A DNA stretch of 38,212 nt from Gemmatimonadota bacterium (lineage in GTDB: Bacteria > Gemmatimonadota > Gemmatimonadetes > Palauibacterales > Palauibacteraceae), in the NCBI GenBank assembly GCA_039588275.1, contig JBDHAC010000031.1:1-38212 (forward strand), read 5' to 3'. Positions 1 to 9,121 of this stretch are shown here, in pieces. Under the pieces are notes generated by a model. The model had not been told where the DNA came from and searched no databases. It saw only the letters and a program-made list of their open reading frames with translations. Position numbers and translations under genes: made by a program. How positions within the stretch are numbered: the first letter of the stretch is position 1; every line of letters starts with the position of its first letter.

Positions 1-1
1 C

Positions 2-916
2 CGCGTGGCAGGGTGCGGGCTCTGCCACACCGACCTCCACTACGTGGATCACGGCGTCAAGACGTTCAAGCCACCGCCCATCATCCTGGGCCACGAGGCG
101 GCGGGCACGATCGAAGCACTTTCCGACGATGTGACGGATCGATCCGTCGGGGATCGCGCGTTGATCCCCGCGGTTCTTTCGTGCGGGCGCTGCCGGTTTT
201 GCCGCGACGGGCGCGAGAACATCTGCGAAGACCTGGTCATGTTGGGCAACAACATAGATGGCGCCTACGCGGAGTTCGTGACGGTTCCCGCTGCGGAGCT
301 GGTCCCGGTGCCCGACTCGCTGGCCCTCGATCAGGCGTGCGTGATCGCCGACGCGATCTCGACTCCCTACCACGCAGTGAAGAACCGAGGGCGCGTGCAG
401 ATGGGAGACAAGGTAGCCGTGGTCGGGTGCGGTGGCGTGGGACTCAATCTGGTCCAGTGCGCGAGCGTCGCGGGTGGGCAGGTCATCGCGATCGACCTCA
501 GCGACGAACGCCTCGAGCTGGCCCGGCACCTGGGCGCCAGCGAGGCGATCAATCCCGGAGGTATCGAGCGTCTCGACAAGGACATAAGGGCCCGCACCGG
601 GGGTGGCGTGGACGTGGCCTTCGAGGCGGTCGGGACGCCCGCCACGATCCAGCTCGCGTTCTCGCTCGTGCGGAAGGGTGGACGGCTGTGCGTGCTCGGC
701 TACTCCCACGAAGCCGTCTCTATCTCGGCGGCCAAGCTCATGTATTTTGAGATGGAAATCATGGGAAGTCTGGGGTGCGGCGGCGGCGAGTACCCCGAGA
801 TCTTGGGGCTGGTGGAGGCCGGTCAGCTTCAGCTGGACCCCGTGGTCTCGGGATCCGTACCGCTGGATGAGATCAACGAAGGTCTCGACCGCTTGCACAT
901 AGAGAGAGACCGATGA
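2..916 (+). CDS. Zn-dependent medium-chain alcohol dehydrogenase (5'-partial; C-terminus looks clipped); resembles Had/BamQ-like acyl-CoA-linked ADHs
   Basis: Catalytic Zn motifs GCGLCHTD and LGHE, structural Zn CGRCRFC-x7-C, Rossmann VVGCGGVG. The frame is open from the window edge (RVAGC...). The stop overlaps the next ATG (ATGA, 913-916). Confidence 0.9.
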   Translation, partial: RVAGCGLCHTDLHYVDHGVKTFKPPPIILGHEAAGTIEALSDDVTDRSVGDRALIPAVLSCGRCRFCRDGRENICEDLVMLGNNIDGAYAEFVTVPAAELVPVPDSLALDQACVIADAISTPYHAVKNRGRVQMGDKVAVVGCGGVGLNLVQCASVAGGQVIAIDLSDERLELARHLGASEAINPGGIERLDKDIRARTGGGVDVAFEAVGTPATIQLAFSLVRKGGRLCVLGYSHEAVSISAAKLMYFEMEIMGSLGCGGGEYPEILGLVEAGQLQLDPVVSGSVPLDEINEGLDRLHIERDR

Positions 917-3090
917 GCACCGAAACCGAGTTTGAGTCCACCGAGACCGAGGTTCTGTCAAGAACCACCGAGTGGCGTAGCCGCATGGCGATCCTGGTGG
1001 GAGGGCTGCTCTTCTTCGAAACGCTGACCGGGCTGTCGATCTATCTTCTTCCGTTCAGCGTGTCGAACCAGGTCATGGTCATCCTCCACACGATCGTGGG
1101 GCTCGTCTTCCTCATACCGTTCTGCTGGTATCAATTCCGCCACTGGCGCGCGTACTCCCGCTGGCAGATGTCCCACGTCGTGCTCACCGGGTACTTCGCG
1201 CTGGCGGTCACGCTCGTCGCGATCGTGTCCGGGCTGGTGCTGTCGTACCAGGCGTTGTTCGCAACCCGGATCAGCTATGCGTGGGATCTCGTCCATATCG
1301 TCGCCACGTTCGGCGTGGTGGCATCCGTGATTCCGCACATCCTGGTGCTACTCGTGCGCGCGCGCCGAGCCGCCCGCGCGAACGGAAAGGCCCAGCCCCT
1401 CGTGGCCGCCCAACGCGGGTACGGGCTCCAGACGCTCGGGGTGGTGGTGGTTTTGATGCTGGTGGTCGTGGCGGGTGCCTGGTGGTACGAGCCCACCGCC
1501 GTGCAGAACGAGCTCCCCGAGGACTACAGCTACCTGTACGGGGAGGATCGGCCGTTCGCGCCGAGCCTGGCCACGACCAGCACCGGTGGCGCGTTCGACG
1601 CTCATACGCTGGGGGGCTCCGAGGCGTGCGGAAGCGCGGGCTGTCACGAGGAGATCGCGAAGGAGTGGGCGGTGAGCTCGCACCGTTGGTCGGCCATGGA
1701 TCCGGCGTTCCAGAAGGTCCAGTCGGTAATGGCCGAGCAGAATGGACCCGAAACCACTCGTTACTGTGGCGGGTGCCATGACCCGATCTCCTTGTTCTCG
1801 GGGGCGAAGAACGTGTTCACCGAGGACCTCACCAACCTGACCGGTTATCAGGAGGGTGTCTCCTGCATCGTCTGCCACGCGATCAAGGAAACCGATGTAC
1901 AGGGGAACGCGAACTACGTCCTGACCCAACCGGATCGATACATGTTCGAGCTGGCCGACGGAGAGACCGCCAAGTGGGTCAGTGACTTCCTGATCCGTGC
2001 CTATCCCCGCAAGCACGTCGAGACCCTGCAGCACAGGCTGTTCAAGAGCCCCGAGTTCTGCGCGGCCTGCCACAAGCAGTTCATCGACGAGGAGATCAAC
2101 CAGGTCGGCTGGGTCCAGCTCCAGAACCAGTACGACAACTGGCGCAAGAGCCGCTGGTATACGGAAGGTGACCCGACCAAGACGATCGAGTGCCGCGAGT
2201 GCCACATGCCGTTGATCGAATCCCTCGACCCCGGGCGCGGGGACGATCTCGACTACAACCGCACCACGGACGACGGGAAGCACCGCAGCCACCGCTTCCT
2301 GGCCGCGAACCAGTTCATGCCGCTCGCGCTCGAGCTCGAGGGAGCGGAGGAGCACGTGGAGCTCACGAAGAAGTGGATGCGCGGCGAGCTCGATGTGCCC
2401 GAGATCGCCGACAAGTGGCGAGAAGGGCCCGCCGTTCCGATCGAGCTGATCACGCCGGAGCAAGTAGTTCCCGGCGAGCAGGTCGATATCAGGGTGGCGA
2501 TCACGAACAACAAGGTCGGGCACGACTTCCCCACCGGGCCGCTGGACATCATCCAGGCCTGGGTCGAGATCGAGGTAACGGATCAGAACGGGAACGTGGT
2601 GTTCACCAGCGGGCAGCGTGACGAAGGCCACTTCATCGCGCCGGGCTCGTTCATCTTCAAGGCCGAGCCGGTGGACCAGTACGGCAATCTCATCGACCGG
2701 CACAACCTGTGGGAGATGGTGGGCGTCCGGTACCGCCGCGCGCTGTTCCCGGGCTTCTCGGACAACGCCGAGTTCGCGTTCTCGTGCCCCGCCACCATGC
2801 TACCTTCCGGGGCGGAGGTCGGGGGGGAGTCGGGCCCGGAACCGGGGCGCGAGCCCGGAGCGGACCGCCAGGAGGGCTTCGAGCTGTCGGTCCCCGGCCA
2901 GGTGACCGAGCTGCACGTATCGGCGAAGCTCATGTACAGGAAGTTCGATCAGTACTTGCTCAACTTCCTGTTTGGCGAGGATTCGGGTCTCACCGCCCCC
3001 GTCACCGTGCTCTCCGAGACCGAGGCGACGATCCCGGTCAGCGTGCAGACGGCGGCGACGACAGGTGGGGCCGAGACGGCAACGCAATAG
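913..3090 (+). CDS. Membrane-anchored multiheme c-type cytochrome (c554-like, 5 heme motifs) with N-terminal 5-TM His-rich domain and C-terminal beta-rich domain
   Basis: Heme motifs CGSAGCH (CX4CH), CGGCH, CIVCH, CAACH, CRECH. Five hydrophobic segments within aa 25-192 with H59/H77/H128/H142. GHDFPTG motif in the C-terminal domain. Confidence 0.88.
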   Translation: MSTETEFESTETEVLSRTTEWRSRMAILVGGLLFFETLTGLSIYLLPFSVSNQVMVILHTIVGLVFLIPFCWYQFRHWRAYSRWQMSHVVLTGYFALAVTLVAIVSGLVLSYQALFATRISYAWDLVHIVATFGVVASVIPHILVLLVRARRAARANGKAQPLVAAQRGYGLQTLGVVVVLMLVVVAGAWWYEPTAVQNELPEDYSYLYGEDRPFAPSLATTSTGGAFDAHTLGGSEACGSAGCHEEIAKEWAVSSHRWSAMDPAFQKVQSVMAEQNGPETTRYCGGCHDPISLFSGAKNVFTEDLTNLTGYQEGVSCIVCHAIKETDVQGNANYVLTQPDRYMFELADGETAKWVSDFLIRAYPRKHVETLQHRLFKSPEFCAACHKQFIDEEINQVGWVQLQNQYDNWRKSRWYTEGDPTKTIECRECHMPLIESLDPGRGDDLDYNRTTDDGKHRSHRFLAANQFMPLALELEGAEEHVELTKKWMRGELDVPEIADKWREGPAVPIELITPEQVVPGEQVDIRVAITNNKVGHDFPTGPLDIIQAWVEIEVTDQNGNVVFTSGQRDEGHFIAPGSFIFKAEPVDQYGNLIDRHNLWEMVGVRYRRALFPGFSDNAEFAFSCPATMLPSGAEVGGESGPEPGREPGADRQEGFELSVPGQVTELHVSAKLMYRKFDQYLLNFLFGEDSGLTAPVTVLSETEATIPVSVQTAATTGGAETATQ

Positions 3091-3163
3091 CGTACATCTG
3101 ACCCGGGTGTGGCGGGCACGCTCGAGGAGCAGACCGTGGCACACGGGTTTCCGAGGAGGGGAG

Positions 3164-4471
3164 ATGCAAAGTGTAGGAGCGACGGCGTGGCGCTTGACGA
3201 CGCCGATGGCTGCGCTCGTCGCCGTTTGCGTTGCCGGGTGTGGCGGCGACTCGGACACGAGCGCGTGGACGGGGACGATGACCGACAGCGCCGGCGTGAC
3301 GATCGTCTCGAACGGCGCGGAGGGAATCTGGTCAGACGGCGATCGTTGGGGCATCGTGGAGCTGCTACGCATCGGTAGCATGGATGGTGACCCAGAATAC
3401 CAGTTCGGTCTGATCGCGGGCATCGGCGTCACCTCGGACGGACGCATGTTCGTAATGGACCAGCAGGGCCAACATCTGAAGGTGTTCGGCGCCGACGGCG
3501 CGCATCTGGCCACGTTGGGAGCCGCCGGATCCGGGCCCGGCGAGTTCGCGATCGGTGCCGGACCGGTGCTCGTCGGGGTGGGCGACACGCTGTACGTCCC
3601 CGATCTGCAGAATCAGCGCGTGAACCGCTTCGCGCCCGATGGAAGCAGCCTCGGCAGCTACCCGCTCAGTATCCAGGATGGACTGCCCGCGAACTGGGCC
3701 GATACGCCGTCGGGCACGATCGTGACCCAGGTTCGTCCGCTCACGTTCCCGGGACAGGAAGCTCTGGAGAACCCCATGGATGCCATCATCACGCGGGCTC
3801 CAGATGGCTCACCCATCGACACCCTGTTCCAGATGCCGTCCGGGGAAACGGTGGACTTCTCCGGCGGCTTGCCCCAATTCCACTTCTTCGTGCCCGAGCC
3901 CACCTGGGCGCTGCTTGGCGACAGCGGGCTGCTGTTCGCCGTAAACGATCAATACCGCATCGAGCAGTACGATGAGTCGGGGGCGTTGCGCCGCGTGATC
4001 CTCAAGCCGTTCGAGCGGGAGGCAGTTACCGAGAGGGATCAGGAGATCTTCGTCGACGCCCTCGAGCGTATCTGGCGCGACTCCGGTGTTCCGCCGCAGG
4101 CGCTGGAGACGCTCAAGTCCAACATCAGCTTCGCGGAGCTCTTCCCCGCCTTCTTCCGATTCCTCGCCGGTCCCGAAGGCAGCATGTGGGTGCAGGACGT
4201 CGTCTCTCCGAGTCAAATGAGCCCCGAGGAGCAGGAGGGATTCAACCCGCTCCTCAACCTCGGCTCGGCCGACTGGGAGGTGTTCGATCCCGAGGGTCGA
4301 TTCCTCGGATCCGTCTCGATGCCCCCCCGGTTCCAGCCGATTCGGTTCGTGGAGGACCGCGTGTACGGGGTGTGGCGGGATGACCTGGACGTGCAGCACG
4401 TGATGGTCCTCGGCATTACCGGAATCGAGGCGGCAACGGCGACGGAGATGGCGCCCTCCGGCGGAGAGTAG
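3164..4471 (+). CDS. 6-bladed (NHL-like) beta-propeller lipoprotein
   Basis: ATG 3164 follows GAGGAGG SD. Lipobox VAGC. NHL-type repeats (GIGVTSDGRMFVMD, GSGPGEF, DTLYVPD, WEVFDPEGRFLG). Confidence 0.8.
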   Translation: MQSVGATAWRLTTPMAALVAVCVAGCGGDSDTSAWTGTMTDSAGVTIVSNGAEGIWSDGDRWGIVELLRIGSMDGDPEYQFGLIAGIGVTSDGRMFVMDQQGQHLKVFGADGAHLATLGAAGSGPGEFAIGAGPVLVGVGDTLYVPDLQNQRVNRFAPDGSSLGSYPLSIQDGLPANWADTPSGTIVTQVRPLTFPGQEALENPMDAIITRAPDGSPIDTLFQMPSGETVDFSGGLPQFHFFVPEPTWALLGDSGLLFAVNDQYRIEQYDESGALRRVILKPFEREAVTERDQEIFVDALERIWRDSGVPPQALETLKSNISFAELFPAFFRFLAGPEGSMWVQDVVSPSQMSPEEQEGFNPLLNLGSADWEVFDPEGRFLGSVSMPPRFQPIRFVEDRVYGVWRDDLDVQHVMVLGITGIEAATATEMAPSGGE

Positions 4472-4487
4472 CGGGCCGCGGCGGGCT

Positions 4488-7139
4488 ATGGGGCGGCTAC
4501 CGAGACGCAGGCGCTACCTCGCCATCACGGCGGGACTGGGGGGGCTTTTCATCGTCGTCGCCGCGCTCCTCCTGTGGGTGAACGCCTCCGACGACGACCA
4601 GCACCGACCTGGAGAGGCGGTCGAGGGCCTCACCTCCGAGCTCGCGCGCCACGTGCCGGAAGACGCACCCCGCCTGCTCTTCGCCGACGTGACCGCAGAC
4701 GCCGGGATCGACTTCCAGCATTTCGCCGGGGTCAGAAGCTCGCAGCTCCCCGAGGACATGGGATCCGGGGCTGCGTGGGGCGACTACGACAACGACGGCT
4801 GGCTCGATCTGTATGTCGTGAACGAGCCGGGCCCCCTCACCCGCTCTCCCGAGGAACTGGCGGCATCACCCGCTCGAGCTGCTCTGTACCACAACGAAGG
4901 CGACGGGACGTTCACGGAAGTGGCGGCGGACGCGGGCGTCGACTTCCGTGGATTCGGCATGGCCGCGGCGTGGGGCGACTACGACAACGACGGCTGGGCC
5001 GATCTATTCGTGTCCGCGTACGGTGAGAACGCGCTGTACCGCAACAACGGCGACGGGACCTTCGAGGATCGGACCGAGGCAGCGGGCATGGCCGGGCTGG
5101 TCGGATACTGGTCGGGCGCCGCGTGGAGCGATTACGACCTCGATGGCTCCCTGGACCTGTACGTGGGGGGCTACGTCAGGTACTCGCCCGGGGCAGGAGC
5201 TCAAGCGCTCCAGTACGACGTGGAGGTCCCGGCGAGCCTCAACCCCTCGTCCTTTCATCCCGAACGCAACCTGCTGTTCCACAACAACGGTGACGGGACC
5301 TTCGTCGAGGTCGCGGAGGAGGCCGGCGTTTCGGGACGAGACGGACGCAGCCTGACCGTGGCGTGGGCGGACTTCGACGACGACGGCTGGCCCGATCTCT
5401 ACGTTGCCAATGACGTATCGGACAACGCGCTCTACCGGAACCTCGGAGACGGCACATTCCAGAACGTCAGCCTCGGCGCGCTTGTCGCGGACTATCGAGG
5501 CGCCATGGGCCTCGCCATTGGAGACTGGGACGGTGACGGGGACACGGACCTCTTCGTCACGCATTGGATCGCCCAGGAGAACGCCCTCTACAACAGCCTG
5601 CACACCCGGCTCATGGCCGCAGACCCGCCGCCGGTCGACCCGCTCCGCTTCATGGATGAAGCGGAGCGGTACGGCCTCGGGCAGATCGCGCTCGACTACA
5701 TCGGTTGGGGTACGTCCTTCATCGACTTCGACAACGACGGATGGCTGGATCTGCTCGTGGTGAACGGAAGCACGCTCCAGATGAGCGAGCAGCCCGAGCT
5801 CCTGGAGCCGATGCCCGACCAGGTGTTCTGGCACCGGAGTCGAGAAGACGGCTTCTACGACGTGTCTTCGATCAGCGGGGAGTACTTCCAGCGAGAGTAC
5901 GTCGGTCGCGGGGCGGCATTCGCGGACTACGACGCGGACGGTGACGTCGATGTGTTCATCGTGAACAACGGGGGACCCGGGTTCCTGTTGCGCAACGATG
6001 GCCAGGAGGGGAACGGGTGGCTCGAAGTACGGCTCGAAGGGAGGCGAACGAACCGGTCGGCGATTGGCGCGAAGCTGAAGCTCCACGCCGAGGGCGCCGT
6101 GCAGACCCGCGAGGTGGGAGCGCAGAGCTCGTACCTATCCCAAAACAGCCCCTTCATGCACTTCGGCCTCGGGGTGGTGGCACAGGTCGACTCCATCGAG
6201 ATTCGATGGCCGGGTGGCGAACGACAGGTCCTGCAGGGCATACCGGCCAATCGTGTCGTCCGCGTCGTCGAGGGCGAGGCAGCCGTCATCCAGCGAAGCC
6301 TCGCCGACCGATCGGAGGCGCTGGGTGTGCGTCCGGCACAGGGAGCGGCCACACCCGGTTCTGGCCGCACCGGCGGCACGGAGGAGGAGCGCGCCGCCGT
6401 GCTGCGCTTCTGGGAGCTGTTCCGGGAAGCCACCCGGCTCCGGATCCAGGGCCATCTACGTGAGGCTGAAACGGCGTACACCCGTGCTCTCGAGATCCGC
6501 CCCGACCACTGGGATGCGCTGTATTACCGCGGCAACCTGCTGTTCGAGTTCGGTGACTTCGAGGGAGCACGTCGCGACTGGGAGCGCCTCGTCCGGGTGA
6601 GCCCGGCGAGCCCGCGTGGCCATATCCAACTGGGGCGCCTGCACGCGTGTTTCGAGCGGGGCACGCACGATCTGGCGGAGGCCGAAGCTCGGTTTCTCCG
6701 TGCCCGGGAGCTCAACCAGGAGGAGACCGGTCCGTTGCTGTGGTTGGCGAGAACGGCGCTGATCGGCGGTGACCGGGCGGGAGCTCGGGAGTATCTCGAG
6801 GACGTGCTCGGGATGAACGCGACCAACGCGGAGGCCCACTTCCTGAGCAGCTACCTGGCGTGGAAGGAGGGAGCGGCGGGCGAGGCCTCGGACCATTTCG
6901 CGAGCGCGGTCCAGCACGCGAACCCCACGCAGGCGACCGACCCGGAGCTGGGCGAGGGGGAGACGCGCTCGGGCCGCGCCATGCTCACCGTCAGCACACG
7001 TTGCCGCGCGGTCCAGGCCCTCGTCGAGACGCATACCGACGCTGGTACCGCCGGCGACGAGGACCTGCCCGCGCGAATGGTGCGGGCCTATCGCGCCCTC
7101 GAGGCACTGCTGGAAACGGCGAGGAACGACGGGGTCTAG
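4488..7139 (+). CDS. FG-GAP repeat / ASPIC-UnbV (CRTAC1-like) protein with C-terminal TPRs
   Basis: N-terminal signal/anchor. Repeated WGDYDNDGWxDLYV...LYxNxGDGTF blades (DxDxDG). ASPIC motif SSYLSQNS..HFGLG...IEIRWPGG. TPR-like helices (AYTRALEIRPDHWDALYYRG). Confidence 0.9.
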   Translation: MGRLPRRRRYLAITAGLGGLFIVVAALLLWVNASDDDQHRPGEAVEGLTSELARHVPEDAPRLLFADVTADAGIDFQHFAGVRSSQLPEDMGSGAAWGDYDNDGWLDLYVVNEPGPLTRSPEELAASPARAALYHNEGDGTFTEVAADAGVDFRGFGMAAAWGDYDNDGWADLFVSAYGENALYRNNGDGTFEDRTEAAGMAGLVGYWSGAAWSDYDLDGSLDLYVGGYVRYSPGAGAQALQYDVEVPASLNPSSFHPERNLLFHNNGDGTFVEVAEEAGVSGRDGRSLTVAWADFDDDGWPDLYVANDVSDNALYRNLGDGTFQNVSLGALVADYRGAMGLAIGDWDGDGDTDLFVTHWIAQENALYNSLHTRLMAADPPPVDPLRFMDEAERYGLGQIALDYIGWGTSFIDFDNDGWLDLLVVNGSTLQMSEQPELLEPMPDQVFWHRSREDGFYDVSSISGEYFQREYVGRGAAFADYDADGDVDVFIVNNGGPGFLLRNDGQEGNGWLEVRLEGRRTNRSAIGAKLKLHAEGAVQTREVGAQSSYLSQNSPFMHFGLGVVAQVDSIEIRWPGGERQVLQGIPANRVVRVVEGEAAVIQRSLADRSEALGVRPAQGAATPGSGRTGGTEEERAAVLRFWELFREATRLRIQGHLREAETAYTRALEIRPDHWDALYYRGNLLFEFGDFEGARRDWERLVRVSPASPRGHIQLGRLHACFERGTHDLAEAEARFLRARELNQEETGPLLWLARTALIGGDRAGAREYLEDVLGMNATNAEAHFLSSYLAWKEGAAGEASDHFASAVQHANPTQATDPELGEGETRSGRAMLTVSTRCRAVQALVETHTDAGTAGDEDLPARMVRAYRALEALLETARNDGV

Positions 7140-7143
7140 GCCG

Positions 7144-8214
7144 CTAGGTCGCGCCCGGCGCCACAGGGATGATCGCGCGCACTCGGGTGCCCTCGCCGAT
7201 CGTGCTCTCTATCATCACCGTGGCGCCCATGTACGATGCGCGTTCCATCATCCCGGTGATTCCCAGCCCTCTTGCTTCCTCGGACTTCGCGGCGACGTCG
7301 AAGCCGCATCCGTCGTCGTCGACCACGAGCGTGAGCTCCCCTCCGCCAGACGCGGCGTGTACGGAGACGCGCGTCGCGCCGGAGTGCCGCGCCGCGTTGC
7401 TGAGCGCTTCCTGCGCTATGCGATACAGTGCGAGCTCGACGTCGGGTGAGAAGCGTTGACGCAGGGCTGCCAGATCCACGTCGAGGTCGACGTCATGCGA
7501 TCGACAGGCGTCCTCGGCGTATTTCTCGATCGCCGCGGCGAGTCCCAGCTCGTCCAGGGCAGGCGGACGGAGCCCGGCCGCCAGGCGACGCACCCCATCG
7601 ACCGCATCGGTCAGGTCGTCCCGCATCTCGGCGAGCATCCCCCGCAGTCGCGAGAGGCTGTCCGTCCGTTCCGCGAGACGCAGCCGAATGAGGAGCGCCG
7701 TGAGCACCTGGGCCGTGTCGTCGTGCAGCTCCCGGGAGATCCGCTTGCGCTCGTCTTCTTCGGCACGGAGAGCCCTCGCCGCGACATCGCGCAGGCGTCC
7801 GCGATAGACGGAGACGTCGTCCAGCATGTCGTTGAAGAGCTGCGTCAGACGGTTCAGGTCCCGGTCGGCGAGCGCGGAGTCCGGGACCCGTGCCGTCCAG
7901 TCGCCCTCGCGCACGCGTAACGCGGTCTCCTCCTGCAGTTCGAGCGGTCGAAGCGCGAGGCGGAGGATGACCGCGTTTACGACCAGGCTGAGGGCGACAC
8001 CCGTCACCGCGAATAGGACGACGACCCCGATCGAGCCCAGGCCAGCGGCCGCCATGTGCACGGCGAGCGCGATCCCGACCCCGGCGCCGAGCACGAACAA
8101 GACTCCGTTGGCGATCAGGATCTTGTAGAAGAGAGGAAGGCGCAGCAGCCGAGAGATCAGAGCCGAAGCGGCCGAGCCTTGCGATGGTCCGCGATCGGCG
8201 GCGGGAGCAGCCAT
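7144..8214 (-). CDS. Sensor histidine kinase (2 TM, HAMP, HisKA_3, HATPase_c)
   Basis: H-box EERKRISRELHDDTAQ, N-box QEALSNAARHS, G1 DDGCGF, G2 GLGITGM; HAMP RPL...LNRLTQLFNDM. Confidence 0.93.
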   Translation of the reverse strand: MAAPAADRGPSQGSAASALISRLLRLPLFYKILIANGVLFVLGAGVGIALAVHMAAAGLGSIGVVVLFAVTGVALSLVVNAVILRLALRPLELQEETALRVREGDWTARVPDSALADRDLNRLTQLFNDMLDDVSVYRGRLRDVAARALRAEEDERKRISRELHDDTAQVLTALLIRLRLAERTDSLSRLRGMLAEMRDDLTDAVDGVRRLAAGLRPPALDELGLAAAIEKYAEDACRSHDVDLDVDLAALRQRFSPDVELALYRIAQEALSNAARHSGATRVSVHAASGGGELTLVVDDDGCGFDVAAKSEEARGLGITGMMERASYMGATVMIESTIGEGTRVRAIIPVAPGAT

Positions 8215-8247
8215 TCGGTAGCCGGCAGGCGGAGCTCTAGCGCGGCT

Positions 8248-8922
8248 CTACTCGCCGCGCAACAACCCGGTCCGAAGTGCGAAGCGAACCAGCTCGGAAC
8301 GATGCGCCAGGCCGAGCTTGCTCATGATGCGGGATCGGTAGGTATCTACGGTCTTGGGGGATATGAAGAGCTTCTTGCCGATCTCGGTCGAGCTGAACCC
8401 CTCGGCGGTCAGACCCAAGACCTCGCGCTCCCGCGCGCTGAGCTGGTGCAGCGGGTGATCGTCCTCCTCCGCCTCCTGACTCTGATACCGCTGAAGGAGA
8501 AGCTTCGTGGCCCGCGGATACAGGAACACCTCCCCCCGTGACACCGTGCGGATGGCCTGAACGAGCTCGCTATCGGCGCTCGCCTTGGTCACGTACCCGT
8601 TTCCTCCCGCCTCGAGCACCGGGAACAGGTACTCCTCCTCGGCGTGCATGGTGAGCACGAGGACTCGCACGTCGAGCTCCAGCGCAGCGATTCTGCGCGT
8701 CGCCTCCAACCCTCCCAGCCCCGGCATGGAGATGTCCATGATCACGACGTCGGGGTGGAGCGACAGGGCCGCGTCCACCCCTTCCTCGCCCGTCGCCGCT
8801 TCGCCGATCACCGAGATGTCCGGCTCGGCATTGAGGAGAGCGTTGAGTCCGGCGCGCAGCACGGCGTGATCGTCAACCAGCAGAACCCGAATGCTATCTG
8901 GCGGGGCCGACGTCTTGGCCAC
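8248..8922 (-). CDS. NarL/FixJ-family (NreC-like) response regulator
   Basis: Receiver VDDH...MDISMP...LTMH...K and LuxR HTH LSAREREVL...LFISPKTV. GTG start at 8922 with GGAG 6 nt upstream (ORF track starts at 8964). Confidence 0.93.
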   Translation of the reverse strand: MAKTSAPPDSIRVLLVDDHAVLRAGLNALLNAEPDISVIGEAATGEEGVDAALSLHPDVVIMDISMPGLGGLEATRRIAALELDVRVLVLTMHAEEEYLFPVLEAGGNGYVTKASADSELVQAIRTVSRGEVFLYPRATKLLLQRYQSQEAEEDDHPLHQLSAREREVLGLTAEGFSSTEIGKKLFISPKTVDTYRSRIMSKLGLAHRSELVRFALRTGLLRGE

Positions 8923-9056
8923 TGTAGTCTCCAGTCCACCGGGCCACCGGTCGACGTCACCCACCGGTGGACATCGCCCTGACCCATGTACGCCTGCATC
9001 CCTCCCACCACTCGTGTACTACCCCAACATTGTAGAGGCGATCGGGCAGCACGTCA

Positions 9057-9121
9057 GTGGGGAGATCGTAGTATCGCGGGTGGGGAATGCCCAGACCGGG
9101 CGTGTGGGGCAAAGCCCCTCA
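9057..9121. promoter_or_regulatory. Candidate operator array upstream of the response regulator
   Basis: GTGGGG occurs at 9057, 9080 and 9104 (23-24 bp spacing); the third copy lies in the palindrome GGGGC-AAA-GCCCC. Confidence 0.3.

Noticed and set aside
2972..3163. N-terminal extension of the propeller lipoprotein ORF (likewise the extended starts of susC, the large ASPIC gene, macA and Rrf2)
   Set aside because: The extensions overlap neighbours or are low-complexity; downstream starts have better SD sites or restore N-terminal signal peptides/domain starts.
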